A stretch of 64,000 nucleotides of DNA from an uncultured Candidatus Saccharibacteria bacterium (GCA_964483475.1 CAZAAH010000002.1:31641-95640); one strand, 5' to 3'. Counted from the stretch's first letter, positions 30,338 to 38,862 are shown. Numbers and translations are program-made. Notes: generated from the letters alone by a model not told the origin.

Positions 30338-30990
30338 TTTATTTCCCTTATTAATTTAAATGCTTCGGCAAAATTGACATTGGCTTGAGCTCCCCTTAAT
30401 TGAGCAAGGGCCCTAATTATTTCCAGTGACCTTGAATGCGGCGACTCTCTAAGCTCGCTGGCATAAGCCTTCATAGCCTCTATTTTCTCTTCTATAGTTT
30501 TTGAAATGTCTTCATAGACATTTGGGTAAAAGTTGTTCTCTGGGCCTGCCCAATCCGTTTCTGACAACACTTCGTACGAAAGCACTTTTTTGACGAAACC
30601 ATTATGGGCCGGGCGCAAAGCCACCAAGGAAGAATGAAAAACAATTTTGTGATCTTTGTGTAAATCACTTTCATTTGGTATATAAACTACTTCTGGTTTT
30701 ACCTCTTTTATAACGTTATCAATCCCATGATTTATTTCTTTTTGAGCGATCGTATCAAGTTTAGCTGCTGGAAAATCCAAAAAAAACGTTTTTTTAAATC
30801 CTAAAATTTTATTAGATCTTTCTATTTCTTTGGCTCTTTTTTCAATAAAGTCATCTGACCAATCTGGAGTATAGGCTTTGGTAACGATGCACAAGAAAAC
30901 CTCGTCTCCATTTTTTGCCTGTTTTGCAATGGTTCCTCCACACCCTAACACTTCGTCGTCGGGATGGGGAGCTATAACTAAAATTTTCAT
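30334..30990 (-). CDS. PIG-L/LmbE-family N-acetyl-sugar deacetylase
   Basis: 218 aa starting MKILVIAPHPDDEVLGCGGTIAK, with a downstream HKDH. Confidence 0.85.
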   Translation of the reverse strand: MKILVIAPHPDDEVLGCGGTIAKQAKNGDEVFLCIVTKAYTPDWSDDFIEKRAKEIERSNKILGFKKTFFLDFPAAKLDTIAQKEINHGIDNVIKEVKPEVVYIPNESDLHKDHKIVFHSSLVALRPAHNGFVKKVLSYEVLSETDWAGPENNFYPNVYEDISKTIEEKIEAMKAYASELRESPHSRSLEIIRALAQLRGAQANVNFAEAFKLIREIK

Positions 30991-30995
30991 AATTT

Positions 30996-32090
30996 TTAAA
31001 TTTTTAATTTTTTAACAACTGAACAGACCTTTTTTACTTCTTCAATTCTCATATGCGAATACAGCGGTAAATCAATAATATTTTTAGATAAGAACACAGT
31101 ATGTGGCAATTGTGCATTTCTGTACGTTTCATATACTTTTTTCATATGCAAAGGAGGATTAAAGTAAACCTTTGTCTCAATTTTATTCTTCAGCAACTCT
31201 TTTAACAATTCATCCCGAGAAACCCCGAATTTTTTTTCATCTATTACTATAGCCATATCTTTAAAAACCGATGTTCCTTTAGAACTTATTTTCTGAAAAG
31301 AAATGCCATTGACTCTAGACAGCTCATTTTTATAGAGGCTAACCAACTTCATTCTCCTTTTTACTGATTGTTTCAATATCTTTAAACCCTCTATACCAAG
31401 AATTGCACTCATCTCATCCATTCTTGCAGATAGCCCCAAAAATTCTTCTTCTCTATTAAAACTATCCCCGTTATTTCTAGCTAATCTTATTTTTTTTGCC
31501 AACTCGTCATTATTGGTCGCAACCAACCCGCCTTCACCGGTACTTAGCACTTTAGTTGGAGTAAAACTGAAGATAGCTGCGTCTCCAAAGCAAGCTACTG
31601 ATTTTCCTTTATAGGTTGAGCCGAAGGCATGGGCGGCATCATAAACAACTTTTAAATTATTTTGTTTTGCAATGTGTTCAATTTCTTCTATGTCGCAAGG
31701 GTTGCCAAAAACATGGGTTGGGAAAATAGCGCTGGTTTTTGAAGTTATTTTCTGCTTTATCAAATCAGTATCTATATTAAAAGTTTCCCTGTTGATGTCT
31801 GTAAATACTGGCTTTAAGCCGCACCAAAGCAAACTGTGCCCGCTTGATGTGAAAGTAAAACTAGGCAATATTACCTCTCCATCAAGTTCCAAACATTTCA
31901 AAACCAACATAATGGCACTCATGCCACTGCTGACTGCTATGGCATTTTTTACCCCCAAGAAATCCTCGCATCTTTTTTCAAATTCCCTTACATATTTTCC
32001 ATTAGTAATCATTCCCGTTGAAAAAATCTCTTCCAATTTAGAAAGAATATTCTTTACCTTTGGTAACGTTGGCCTTGTTAATGGAATCAT
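30996..32090 (-). CDS. DegT/DnrJ/EryC1-family sugar aminotransferase
   Basis: 364 aa with SSGMSAIMLVL, GEVILPSFTFTSSGH and FSFTPTKVLSTGEGG. Confidence 0.85.
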   Translation of the reverse strand: MIPLTRPTLPKVKNILSKLEEIFSTGMITNGKYVREFEKRCEDFLGVKNAIAVSSGMSAIMLVLKCLELDGEVILPSFTFTSSGHSLLWCGLKPVFTDINRETFNIDTDLIKQKITSKTSAIFPTHVFGNPCDIEEIEHIAKQNNLKVVYDAAHAFGSTYKGKSVACFGDAAIFSFTPTKVLSTGEGGLVATNNDELAKKIRLARNNGDSFNREEEFLGLSARMDEMSAILGIEGLKILKQSVKRRMKLVSLYKNELSRVNGISFQKISSKGTSVFKDMAIVIDEKKFGVSRDELLKELLKNKIETKVYFNPPLHMKKVYETYRNAQLPHTVFLSKNIIDLPLYSHMRIEEVKKVCSVVKKLKI

Positions 32091-32096
32091 AATAAT

Positions 32097-33245
32097 TTAA
32101 TAAGTTATTTTTTTATGCAATAACTTTTGATTAATTTTTATTTTACTTAAAATACCAACGATCTTTTTTGAAGCTGTACCATTTCCATATGGACTTTTTA
32201 TGTTTTTAACAATTTTCATAAATTTTGGAGACATAGCAATTTTAACCGCTTTAATAATTTCTTTCTTGTCGTATCCAACATCTATAACATTTTTAGCTCT
32301 TTCCCTGCCTTCTTGCCTTGAGCCAACATTCACCACCGACAATTTAAAAGAAGGGGCCTCTATAATTCCAGAACTGGAATTTCCCACCATCACATTTGAA
32401 ATCTTCATTAAACTAATATACTCTTGATGGGGAATATTTTTGAATGTTTTGACAAAAGGAAATTTTTCATATTCTTTTATGGCTTTGATAATTTTTTTTC
32501 CTCCTGGATCTGAATTTGGATAAATTACAATGGTTTGATACCCTAACTCTTTTATTGCTTCCAAGATTTCTTTGGCATGATAATAGGATTTTTCAAATTC
32601 AAGGCTTAAGGGATGAATTATTGTCAACAATACCGGTTTTGACAAGTCTAATGAAAACTTTTTTGCGACCTCTGCGGGCAAAAGCAATTTTTCATGAAAA
32701 ATAGTGTCTATGGAAGCAGACCCGACGTTAAACGCCCTCCATTTTTCTTCTCCCATTTTTAAAATCCTTTCCTGGCTCTTTTTTGAAGTGGCAAAATGAA
32801 TATTGGCAAATTTTGTAATAGCGTGCCTGATTGATTCATCAATATGCCCACCGGTCCCTACCTCGCCACCAGACATATGAGCCAATGGAATATTCATACA
32901 AGCTGAAGCAACGGCCGCAGAAAACGCTTCTTCGCGATCTCCGGTTATTAAAACGATATCTGGTTTCGTTTTTTTAAAAATCTTAATGAGCTCTAAAATT
33001 CCAATACCTATTGATTGACCTATTCTTCCCAATTCTTCTCCTGGCAACAGGCTTTTAAATATTCCATTTATTTTAAATCCATCTTTTTTTATCTCATCAA
33101 TAGTATATCCAAGTTTTTTTGAAAGATGCATACCTCCTGCAACTAAAATAAGTGAAATACCTTTATGTTTTTTTATTTCTTTTAAAACAGGATATAAAAT
33201 TCCGTATTCTGCCCTAGTACCCGTTACTACTAAAATTTTCCTCAT
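32097..33245 (-). CDS. neuC: UDP-sugar 2-epimerase, hydrolysing (NeuC/LegG type)
   Basis: 382 aa with ILVVTGTRAEYGILYPVLKEI, HMSGGEVGTGGHIDESIRHAITK and GNSSSGIIEAP. Confidence 0.85.
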   Translation of the reverse strand: MRKILVVTGTRAEYGILYPVLKEIKKHKGISLILVAGGMHLSKKLGYTIDEIKKDGFKINGIFKSLLPGEELGRIGQSIGIGILELIKIFKKTKPDIVLITGDREEAFSAAVASACMNIPLAHMSGGEVGTGGHIDESIRHAITKFANIHFATSKKSQERILKMGEEKWRAFNVGSASIDTIFHEKLLLPAEVAKKFSLDLSKPVLLTIIHPLSLEFEKSYYHAKEILEAIKELGYQTIVIYPNSDPGGKKIIKAIKEYEKFPFVKTFKNIPHQEYISLMKISNVMVGNSSSGIIEAPSFKLSVVNVGSRQEGRERAKNVIDVGYDKKEIIKAVKIAMSPKFMKIVKNIKSPYGNGTASKKIVGILSKIKINQKLLHKKITY

Positions 33246-33913
33246 TTGAAAATATTATCTTTTGAATTAAACATAAAATCAATAATTGACATTCCTGGTA
33301 AAAATCCATTACCTTCAAATTGCTGTTGATAATTAGGATGAGAAAATTCTTGAAAAACAACCTTGATTCCCGATTTTTCAAAAAGCGAAATGTCCATATA
33401 TAATTTTCCCCCGGAGCCCGAAATATATTCATCTGCGCCCACAGCTTTACAGATATTAACCAAACGTGCAGTACTTGATCCAGAAAAATTCATCTCTGAA
33501 GAAATCTTTATTTCTTTTTTTGACCCCAGAAAATTAAGGCATTCTTTAATTAAATAGATGTCCAAATCAGAAATTTTTTCCCACTTCTTACTAAAGGTTT
33601 TTTCCATAAAATCATAATATTTTTTTAAAAAAGGTGTATCTTTATAATTTTCTTTTAGTAAGGAAAGTATTTTTTGTTGCCAAGGATTTTGATTATCTAT
33701 TAAAACTTCATTGATTTTTTTATTAGAAGAGCGGTCTTTCACGGGAATAGTCATCCACTGAAAGCCTTTTTGTGTTTTTATTCTATTCCTGTTTATAAAA
33801 CCATTTTTTTGATAGCCAACGTCGTCTAAAATAACAAATACATCGCTTTTTACAATTCTGTCAAAGAAACCCAGCCACGGCAGAAATTCTGGCTGATGAA
33901 TAGTAACCTTCAT
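33242..33913 (-). CDS. WbqC-family protein
   Basis: 223 aa starting MKVTIHQPEFLPWLGFFDRIVKSDVFVILDDVGYQKNGFINRNRI. Confidence 0.75.
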   Translation of the reverse strand: MKVTIHQPEFLPWLGFFDRIVKSDVFVILDDVGYQKNGFINRNRIKTQKGFQWMTIPVKDRSSNKKINEVLIDNQNPWQQKILSLLKENYKDTPFLKKYYDFMEKTFSKKWEKISDLDIYLIKECLNFLGSKKEIKISSEMNFSGSSTARLVNICKAVGADEYISGSGGKLYMDISLFEKSGIKVVFQEFSHPNYQQQFEGNGFLPGMSIIDFMFNSKDNIFK

Positions 33914-34833
33914 TTTACTTCTTGAATATACTGTTTTAATCCTTCTTCAAAATCTGTTGGCTCAAAACCTAAGAGCTTTTTTGCTTTAGAAATATCAAAG
34001 TAAAAATGCAACGATGGGTCCTTTTGAAAATCTGGAGAAAATTCTATATTTGACGCAGAGTTGAGTGCTTCTACTGATTTTTTAGCAACATCTATAATAT
34101 TGATTTCTTTTCCGCTTCCTATATTAATGGTTTCATATTCAAAAGATTCTATTTTATTAAAAGCAAGAATATTTGCCCTTGTCACATCCTTTACAAAAAC
34201 TAAATCCCAGCTAATATTTTCTTTAATATAAATTGGCTTATTTTCTTTAGCCCTGCCAATGAAATCAGCCACTGCTCCAGAATCTCTTCCTGGGCCATAA
34301 ACTCCGGCATACCGTAATACTGCCGTTTTTATTCCATACTGATCCGAATACAGCTTACACAACTCTTCCCCCATGAGCTTACTTAGACTGTAAAAATCGT
34401 ATGGATCAGTGATTTGATTTTCTTTGACCGACAAATTTTCCTTGCTTTTTCCGTATACGCTCATAGAAGAACTATAAATAAATTTTTTAACTCCGGTCTT
34501 TCTTGAGGCTTCTAAGATATTTAAAGTTCCTCTTGCGTTAACTTCAAAAAATGGCGAGGGATCATTATTATCATCTTGCAAAAGAGCCGCAACGTGAAAG
34601 ACGCAATCTATCTTTTCTTTTCCAAAAAGAGAAACAATTTTATTGAATTGTAAAATATCCGACTTAATTATTTTGAGATTATTGTGATTTTTCAAATGAG
34701 CAATTTTTTTATCATCAGCAATATCTAAAGCTATTACTTCATACCCTCTTATAACCAATTCTTCGGTAATATAAGATCCAATAAATCCCCCAGCCCCCGT
34801 CACTATTACTTTCTTACTTTCCATGTATATCAC
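33910..34833 (-). CDS. NAD-dependent sugar epimerase/dehydratase (extended SDR)
   Basis: 307 aa with VTGAGGFIGSYI and YSLSK (YxxxK). Confidence 0.8.
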   Translation of the reverse strand: MIYMESKKVIVTGAGGFIGSYITEELVIRGYEVIALDIADDKKIAHLKNHNNLKIIKSDILQFNKIVSLFGKEKIDCVFHVAALLQDDNNDPSPFFEVNARGTLNILEASRKTGVKKFIYSSSMSVYGKSKENLSVKENQITDPYDFYSLSKLMGEELCKLYSDQYGIKTAVLRYAGVYGPGRDSGAVADFIGRAKENKPIYIKENISWDLVFVKDVTRANILAFNKIESFEYETINIGSGKEINIIDVAKKSVEALNSASNIEFSPDFQKDPSLHFYFDISKAKKLLGFEPTDFEEGLKQYIQEVK

Positions 34834-35863
34834 TTAATTTAATTAACGAATCCTTTTGGATATTTTTAAAAGCTTTTTTGCCTATAATTTTAAAAAAATA
34901 TTTTGGTTCAATTCCTGTACCCGGCCTTTTTATTGCCAACATATTACTGCTAATTTTTTCCCCTTTGAAAATATCAACTTTGGCCACAACGCTCTTCCTA
35001 GCAACTTTGGCTATTTTCAGCTCGCTGGCGGTCGGTTTTTTTATTCCGTCTCCCATTGCTTTTTCAATGTTCCTTATGCCTTCAACCATTTTTTTGAGTT
35101 CAGTCGGCTCTAAAGAAGCCTTATGGTCGGGCCCCGGCAAATTTTTATTTATCGTAAAATGTTTTTCAATAACGCGAGCTCCCATAGCAACTGCCGCCAG
35201 CGAAACCTCAATTCCCTTGGTATGGTCGGAATAGCCGACGGGCAGTTTAAATTTTTTTCCCATGGTCCCCATTGCCCTTAAATTCACTTCATTAAAAGTT
35301 GTTGGATAATTTGTAGTGCAGTGTAACAGAATAATTTTTTTATTACCTGCCCTTTTAATTGCTTCAACTACTTCCTCAACTTCTTTTAAATCTGCCATGC
35401 CAGTGGATAAAATCACGGGCTTTCCCTTTTTGGCGATTTTTTTTAAAAAAGGAATATTGGTAAGGTCGCCCGAAGCAATTTTAAAAGCCGGCACAAGAGT
35501 CTCTAAAAAATCGGCTGCCTTTTCCGTATGAGGCGTAGAAAGAAAAATTATCTTTTTTTGGTCGCAGTATTTTTTTAATTCTTTAAAATCATTTTCACTT
35601 AGCTCCAAGCCTTTCAGCATCTCCAACTGACTTTTCTGGCCGCCTAAATTATTTTTTTGATAATCGGCAGTCAAGGCTTTTTGGGTCGCCAATTCTTCTG
35701 CCTTGAATGTCTGGAATTTTACCGCGTCGGCCCCGGCCTTTTTTGCTTCGTTAACCATCTTTTTTGCTAAACTTAACTTGCCGTTATGGTTTACCCCGGC
35801 CTCGGTAATAATAAAACACCGGTCTTTTTTAAATATTCTATCAATTAATCTTGTGTAATCCAT
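34814..35863 (-). CDS. neuB: Nonulosonic acid synthase (NeuB/LegI/PseI family) with SAF domain
   Basis: 349 aa with CFIITEAGVNHNGKLSLAKKMVNEAKKAGADAVKFQTF, GYSDHT and a C-terminal SAF-like segment. Confidence 0.9.
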   Translation of the reverse strand: MDYTRLIDRIFKKDRCFIITEAGVNHNGKLSLAKKMVNEAKKAGADAVKFQTFKAEELATQKALTADYQKNNLGGQKSQLEMLKGLELSENDFKELKKYCDQKKIIFLSTPHTEKAADFLETLVPAFKIASGDLTNIPFLKKIAKKGKPVILSTGMADLKEVEEVVEAIKRAGNKKIILLHCTTNYPTTFNEVNLRAMGTMGKKFKLPVGYSDHTKGIEVSLAAVAMGARVIEKHFTINKNLPGPDHKASLEPTELKKMVEGIRNIEKAMGDGIKKPTASELKIAKVARKSVVAKVDIFKGEKISSNMLAIKRPGTGIEPKYFFKIIGKKAFKNIQKDSLIKLSDIHGK

Positions 35864-36566
35864 TTTTTAATATGTGTTCCGTCATAATAAAATCAATTTC
35901 CTCGTCTATATCTATACCTCTTTCTTTTGGCATAATGTAGGGCATGCTTTTTTGACTGTAAAAACTTTTGTTTTTTAAAACAAACTCTGGAGTAGAAACA
36001 AAGACCGCGCCATTTGGAACATACAATTTAGGAAAATCCTGGCTTCTTTTTTGAAAATTTTTCCATCCCAGCAATGGTTTTAAATATTCTTCATTTTTTG
36101 TAAATGCCCAAAAGAAAGACCTTTTAATTTCAGAGATTCCTACTACCGAATCGCATTTATTATTCAGAAAAATTTCGATGGCTTTATCTATGTCAAGATT
36201 ATTTCTTAGGGGCGTAGTCGGCTGAAGGAGAACTGCAAAATCCGGCCAGTAGTTTTCTTTTTTTAGACGTGAAAGAATGTGCAAAATAACGTCTATAATT
36301 TTACTCTTGCTTTTTGACAGATGAGATGGTTGCAAAATGGCTTCAACCTTATTTTTTTTGGCGATATCCATAATTTCCGGACTGTCCGTTGAAACTATTA
36401 TTCTTTTTATGTATTTGCTTTTCTTAGCAGCTTCAATAGTATGAACAATCATGGGTTTTTTATCTAAAAACCTTGTGTTTTTTTTACTAATTCTCCTCGA
36501 GCCTTCTCTGGCCGGTATTACAGCTAAAATTTTAAAATTGTTTTTTTTAATTTTTTTTGCCTTCAT
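35841..36566 (-). CDS. neuA: CMP-nonulosonic acid synthetase (acylneuraminate cytidylyltransferase family)
   Basis: 241 aa with ILAVIPAREGSRRISKKNTRFLDKKPMIVHTIEAA. Confidence 0.85.
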   Translation of the reverse strand: MKAKKIKKNNFKILAVIPAREGSRRISKKNTRFLDKKPMIVHTIEAAKKSKYIKRIIVSTDSPEIMDIAKKNKVEAILQPSHLSKSKSKIIDVILHILSRLKKENYWPDFAVLLQPTTPLRNNLDIDKAIEIFLNNKCDSVVGISEIKRSFFWAFTKNEEYLKPLLGWKNFQKRSQDFPKLYVPNGAVFVSTPEFVLKNKSFYSQKSMPYIMPKERGIDIDEEIDFIMTEHILKNGLHKIN

Positions 36567-37266
36567 AATCTAAAACTAAGTCTATTGCTTTGCTTTTGAA
36601 ATATTTTTTTAGAATTTTGGCGTTTGGAATCACGCAATGTCCGCCGATCGGACCTTGTGGAGCATAAAGCACCGGCCGCACCACATTTTTCTTTCCCAAT
36701 TTTGTATAGCCTTCGTTGTAAGTTTGATTAAAATCGGTTACAGCTTGGTCAAAATTAATTCCGAATTTATCGCAAATTTCTTTCATCTCTCCATGCCAGG
36801 CAATGACCACGCCGTAATAAGTGGTATCCAAAATTTTTCCAATTTCAGTTGTAACCGACGGATAAAAAGTTTTGGTTTTAATTCCTAACTTTTTAAAATG
36901 ATTTTCTGCTAATTTTGCCGCTTTTTTATTGTCGGCTCCAATATATTTTACAAAAGTCTTAATACCGTCGTACAAATTAGGGTGAACGCCTCTTACGGGG
37001 CTATGAACAACCATTCCTCCAATTTTTTTTGTCGTTCCAGGGGCAACCGTAGAATGAATAACCGTCAACTTTGGTTTTGCGTTATTTATTTCTGTTTTTA
37101 CTATTTCAATGAATTTTTCCGACCAAGGAATGCAAACATGCAAAACTTCAACTCCTTGCAAGCCGTCATCTCGTTTTAAATCCTTAATCCTTGGATTCTC
37201 AAAAAATTTTGATATGGCTTTTCCAATTTCGCCATATCCTAAAATACCAATTTTAAAATTTACCAT
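36547..37266 (-). CDS. Short nucleotide-sugar dehydrogenase-like protein (lacks the C-terminal UDP-binding domain)
   Basis: 239 aa with a GILGYGEIGKAI Rossmann motif. The loop GPIGGHCVIPNAKIL resembles the catalytic-Cys loop of UDP-glucose/GDP-mannose dehydrogenases. Confidence 0.4.
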   Translation of the reverse strand: MVNFKIGILGYGEIGKAISKFFENPRIKDLKRDDGLQGVEVLHVCIPWSEKFIEIVKTEINNAKPKLTVIHSTVAPGTTKKIGGMVVHSPVRGVHPNLYDGIKTFVKYIGADNKKAAKLAENHFKKLGIKTKTFYPSVTTEIGKILDTTYYGVVIAWHGEMKEICDKFGINFDQAVTDFNQTYNEGYTKLGKKNVVRPVLYAPQGPIGGHCVIPNAKILKKYFKSKAIDLVLDYEGKKN

Positions 37267-37508
37267 TTTTCAATGACATCACGAGTCTTTTCCCTGATTT
37301 TTTTATAAACCTTGTAGACCTTTGATTCCAGTTTAGGAGAAACTAAGATTAATATTTCACTTCCCCAAATACGATACTGGCCCGAAACCTTATAAGCCTT
37401 AATAATGCCATTCTTTAACATCCGCTTCATGGTGCTTTCAGAAACCTTCAAAAAATCTCGAGCTTCCTTAGGAGTATAAATTTTATCTGGTTCGATTTTT
37501 TGAGCCAT
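37260..37508 (-). CDS. Small HTH_17 (excisionase/MerR-like) DNA-binding protein
   Basis: 82 aa with IYTPKEARDFLKVSESTMKRMLKNGIIKAYKVSGQYRIWGSEI. It overlaps the next gene by 7 nt, so it is the first gene of the sugar operon. Confidence 0.7.
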   Translation of the reverse strand: MAQKIEPDKIYTPKEARDFLKVSESTMKRMLKNGIIKAYKVSGQYRIWGSEILILVSPKLESKVYKVYKKIREKTRDVIEKW

Positions 37509-37514
37509 ACATTC

Positions 37515-37543
37515 AGTTTAAGATGGTATTAAATGAGTGTCAA
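37515..37543 (-). promoter_or_regulatory. Sigma-70-type promoter of the HTH_17 operon, apparently leaderless
   Basis: The minus strand reads TTGACA-17 nt-TAAACT, then 6 nt (gaatgt), then the ATG at 37508. Confidence 0.5.
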
Positions 37544-37565
37544 TAGGTGTCATAAGGTGTCATAA
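37536..37565 (-). repeat. Three tandem 10-bp direct repeats (TTATGACACC x2, TATTGACACT)
   Basis: The plus strand reads agtgtcaata ggtgtcataa ggtgtcataa. The period is exactly 10 bp, and the last copy carries the -35 hexamer. Confidence 0.75.
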
Positions 37566-37617
37566 GAATAATAAAAGTGCGTTGAAATAGCATCTCTTCA
37601 AATTACTAATAAAAAAC

Positions 37618-38823
37618 CTATATCGTTTTTTTGCGGTTTTTTACCAATTCATTTCCTACCAGCCAAATAAATTGGGGGACATCAACAAATAATTTTTTCC
37701 ACGCTTTAGAAGGTTCTACAATGAGCCTCCAGAGCCATTCAAAGCCACTGTTCCCTACCCACTCGGGCGCTCGTTTGACAATTCCAGCTTCGAATTTAAA
37801 AGACCCTCCAACGCCTATGACCACGGGAACCTTTAAAGATTTAAGATGTTTGAAAATCCATTCCTCTTGCTTAGGCAAACCAAGGTCAACCCACAAAATA
37901 TCGGGTTTTGTTTTATTGATTTTTTTAATAATGTCTTGATCTTTTGAAGATTCAGGGGAGGATACTATCTTAATGCCAGGCATTTGGCTTGATAATTTCT
38001 CGCTTAGCAAAGAAAGTGTTTCTGGGGTCTCTCCATATAAATAGTGCTTGTACCTTTTTTTTAGAAGCTCATGGAAAAGATCTGGTCCGGTTAAGCGCTT
38101 TTTTATTTTAAATCCATTGAGTTTGGCCAACCAAACTAATGAAATCCCATCGGGCACCCAGAGGTTAGATGATGATAGCATCTTACCAAACTCAATCCTG
38201 CGATGGGACTCCATAATCCCTCGCATGCCCGTGGCCACAATCCAATGGCACTTTGATGCTTCGCTCTTAATCCAAAAATCCACCAGCTCAATGGCATCTG
38301 GCATGCCAATTATCTGCACTTTGTTGCCCAATACCTCCATGGACGGCATTTTTTGCAATTTATCTTCGAGCACTCGTACCAAAAACAGCCGGTTAATAAC
38401 ATTTCTCACCAGCCACGAAGAGCTTTGAACTTTGCCCCCGCCCACACCGCTCACCACTTTAATATTAAATTCCTGGCATACCTTTCGCTCACTCTCAGGG
38501 ATATTGTTAATATTCCTATCTCCGCCCTTGGCAAAAAGTATTTCTTTGCCCTTATACTTTTTTGCAACTGCCCTCAAACTTTTGGCCACGCTAATATCCT
38601 TATCAACAGAGAGAAATACTTCATCTACGTCCTTTAATCCCTTGATGATGGCAACTCGTTCTTTTTCCGGCATGAAATGGGCTGATTCTTTAACATCAAC
38701 TTGCGCATCATTATTAATAATGACGACTAAAAAGTCTCCCAATTTTTTGGCTTCTTTTATCAAATTGATATGGCCGATATGGATGGGGTTAAAAAATCCT
38801 GATGTGATAATCACTCTTTTCAT
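37618..38823 (-). CDS. Fusion protein: HIGH-motif cytidylyl/adenylyl-transferase domain + WecG/TagA/CpsF (GT26) glycosyltransferase domain
   Basis: The track ORF starts with TTG at 38874, and ATGs lie at 38841 and 38823 (MKRVIITSGFFNPIHIGHINLIKEAKKLGDFLVVIINND). The C-terminal half has GT26-like segments (VPDGISLVWLAK, DILWVDLGLPKQEEWI, GVGGSFKF). Confidence 0.7.
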   Translation of the reverse strand: MKRVIITSGFFNPIHIGHINLIKEAKKLGDFLVVIINNDAQVDVKESAHFMPEKERVAIIKGLKDVDEVFLSVDKDISVAKSLRAVAKKYKGKEILFAKGGDRNINNIPESERKVCQEFNIKVVSGVGGGKVQSSSWLVRNVINRLFLVRVLEDKLQKMPSMEVLGNKVQIIGMPDAIELVDFWIKSEASKCHWIVATGMRGIMESHRRIEFGKMLSSSNLWVPDGISLVWLAKLNGFKIKKRLTGPDLFHELLKKRYKHYLYGETPETLSLLSEKLSSQMPGIKIVSSPESSKDQDIIKKINKTKPDILWVDLGLPKQEEWIFKHLKSLKVPVVIGVGGSFKFEAGIVKRAPEWVGNSGFEWLWRLIVEPSKAWKKLFVDVPQFIWLVGNELVKNRKKTI

Positions 38824-38862
38824 TATTTTATTTTTTACCATATCAATAAAAAAAAGTAAATT

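Noticed and set aside
37260-37508. The HTH_17/excisionase-like gene as the edge of a prophage or integrative element.
   Set aside because: I found no integrase, recombinase, att-like flanking repeats or phage genes in the window. The gene overlaps and is co-oriented with the sugar operon.
37536-37565. The short tandem repeats (here and at 48203-48239 and 51754-51795) as a degenerate CRISPR array.
   Set aside because: There are only 2-3 copies of 10-20 nt with no or minimal spacers, and no cas genes. All sit in promoter regions, so operator or promoter elements are the better explanation.
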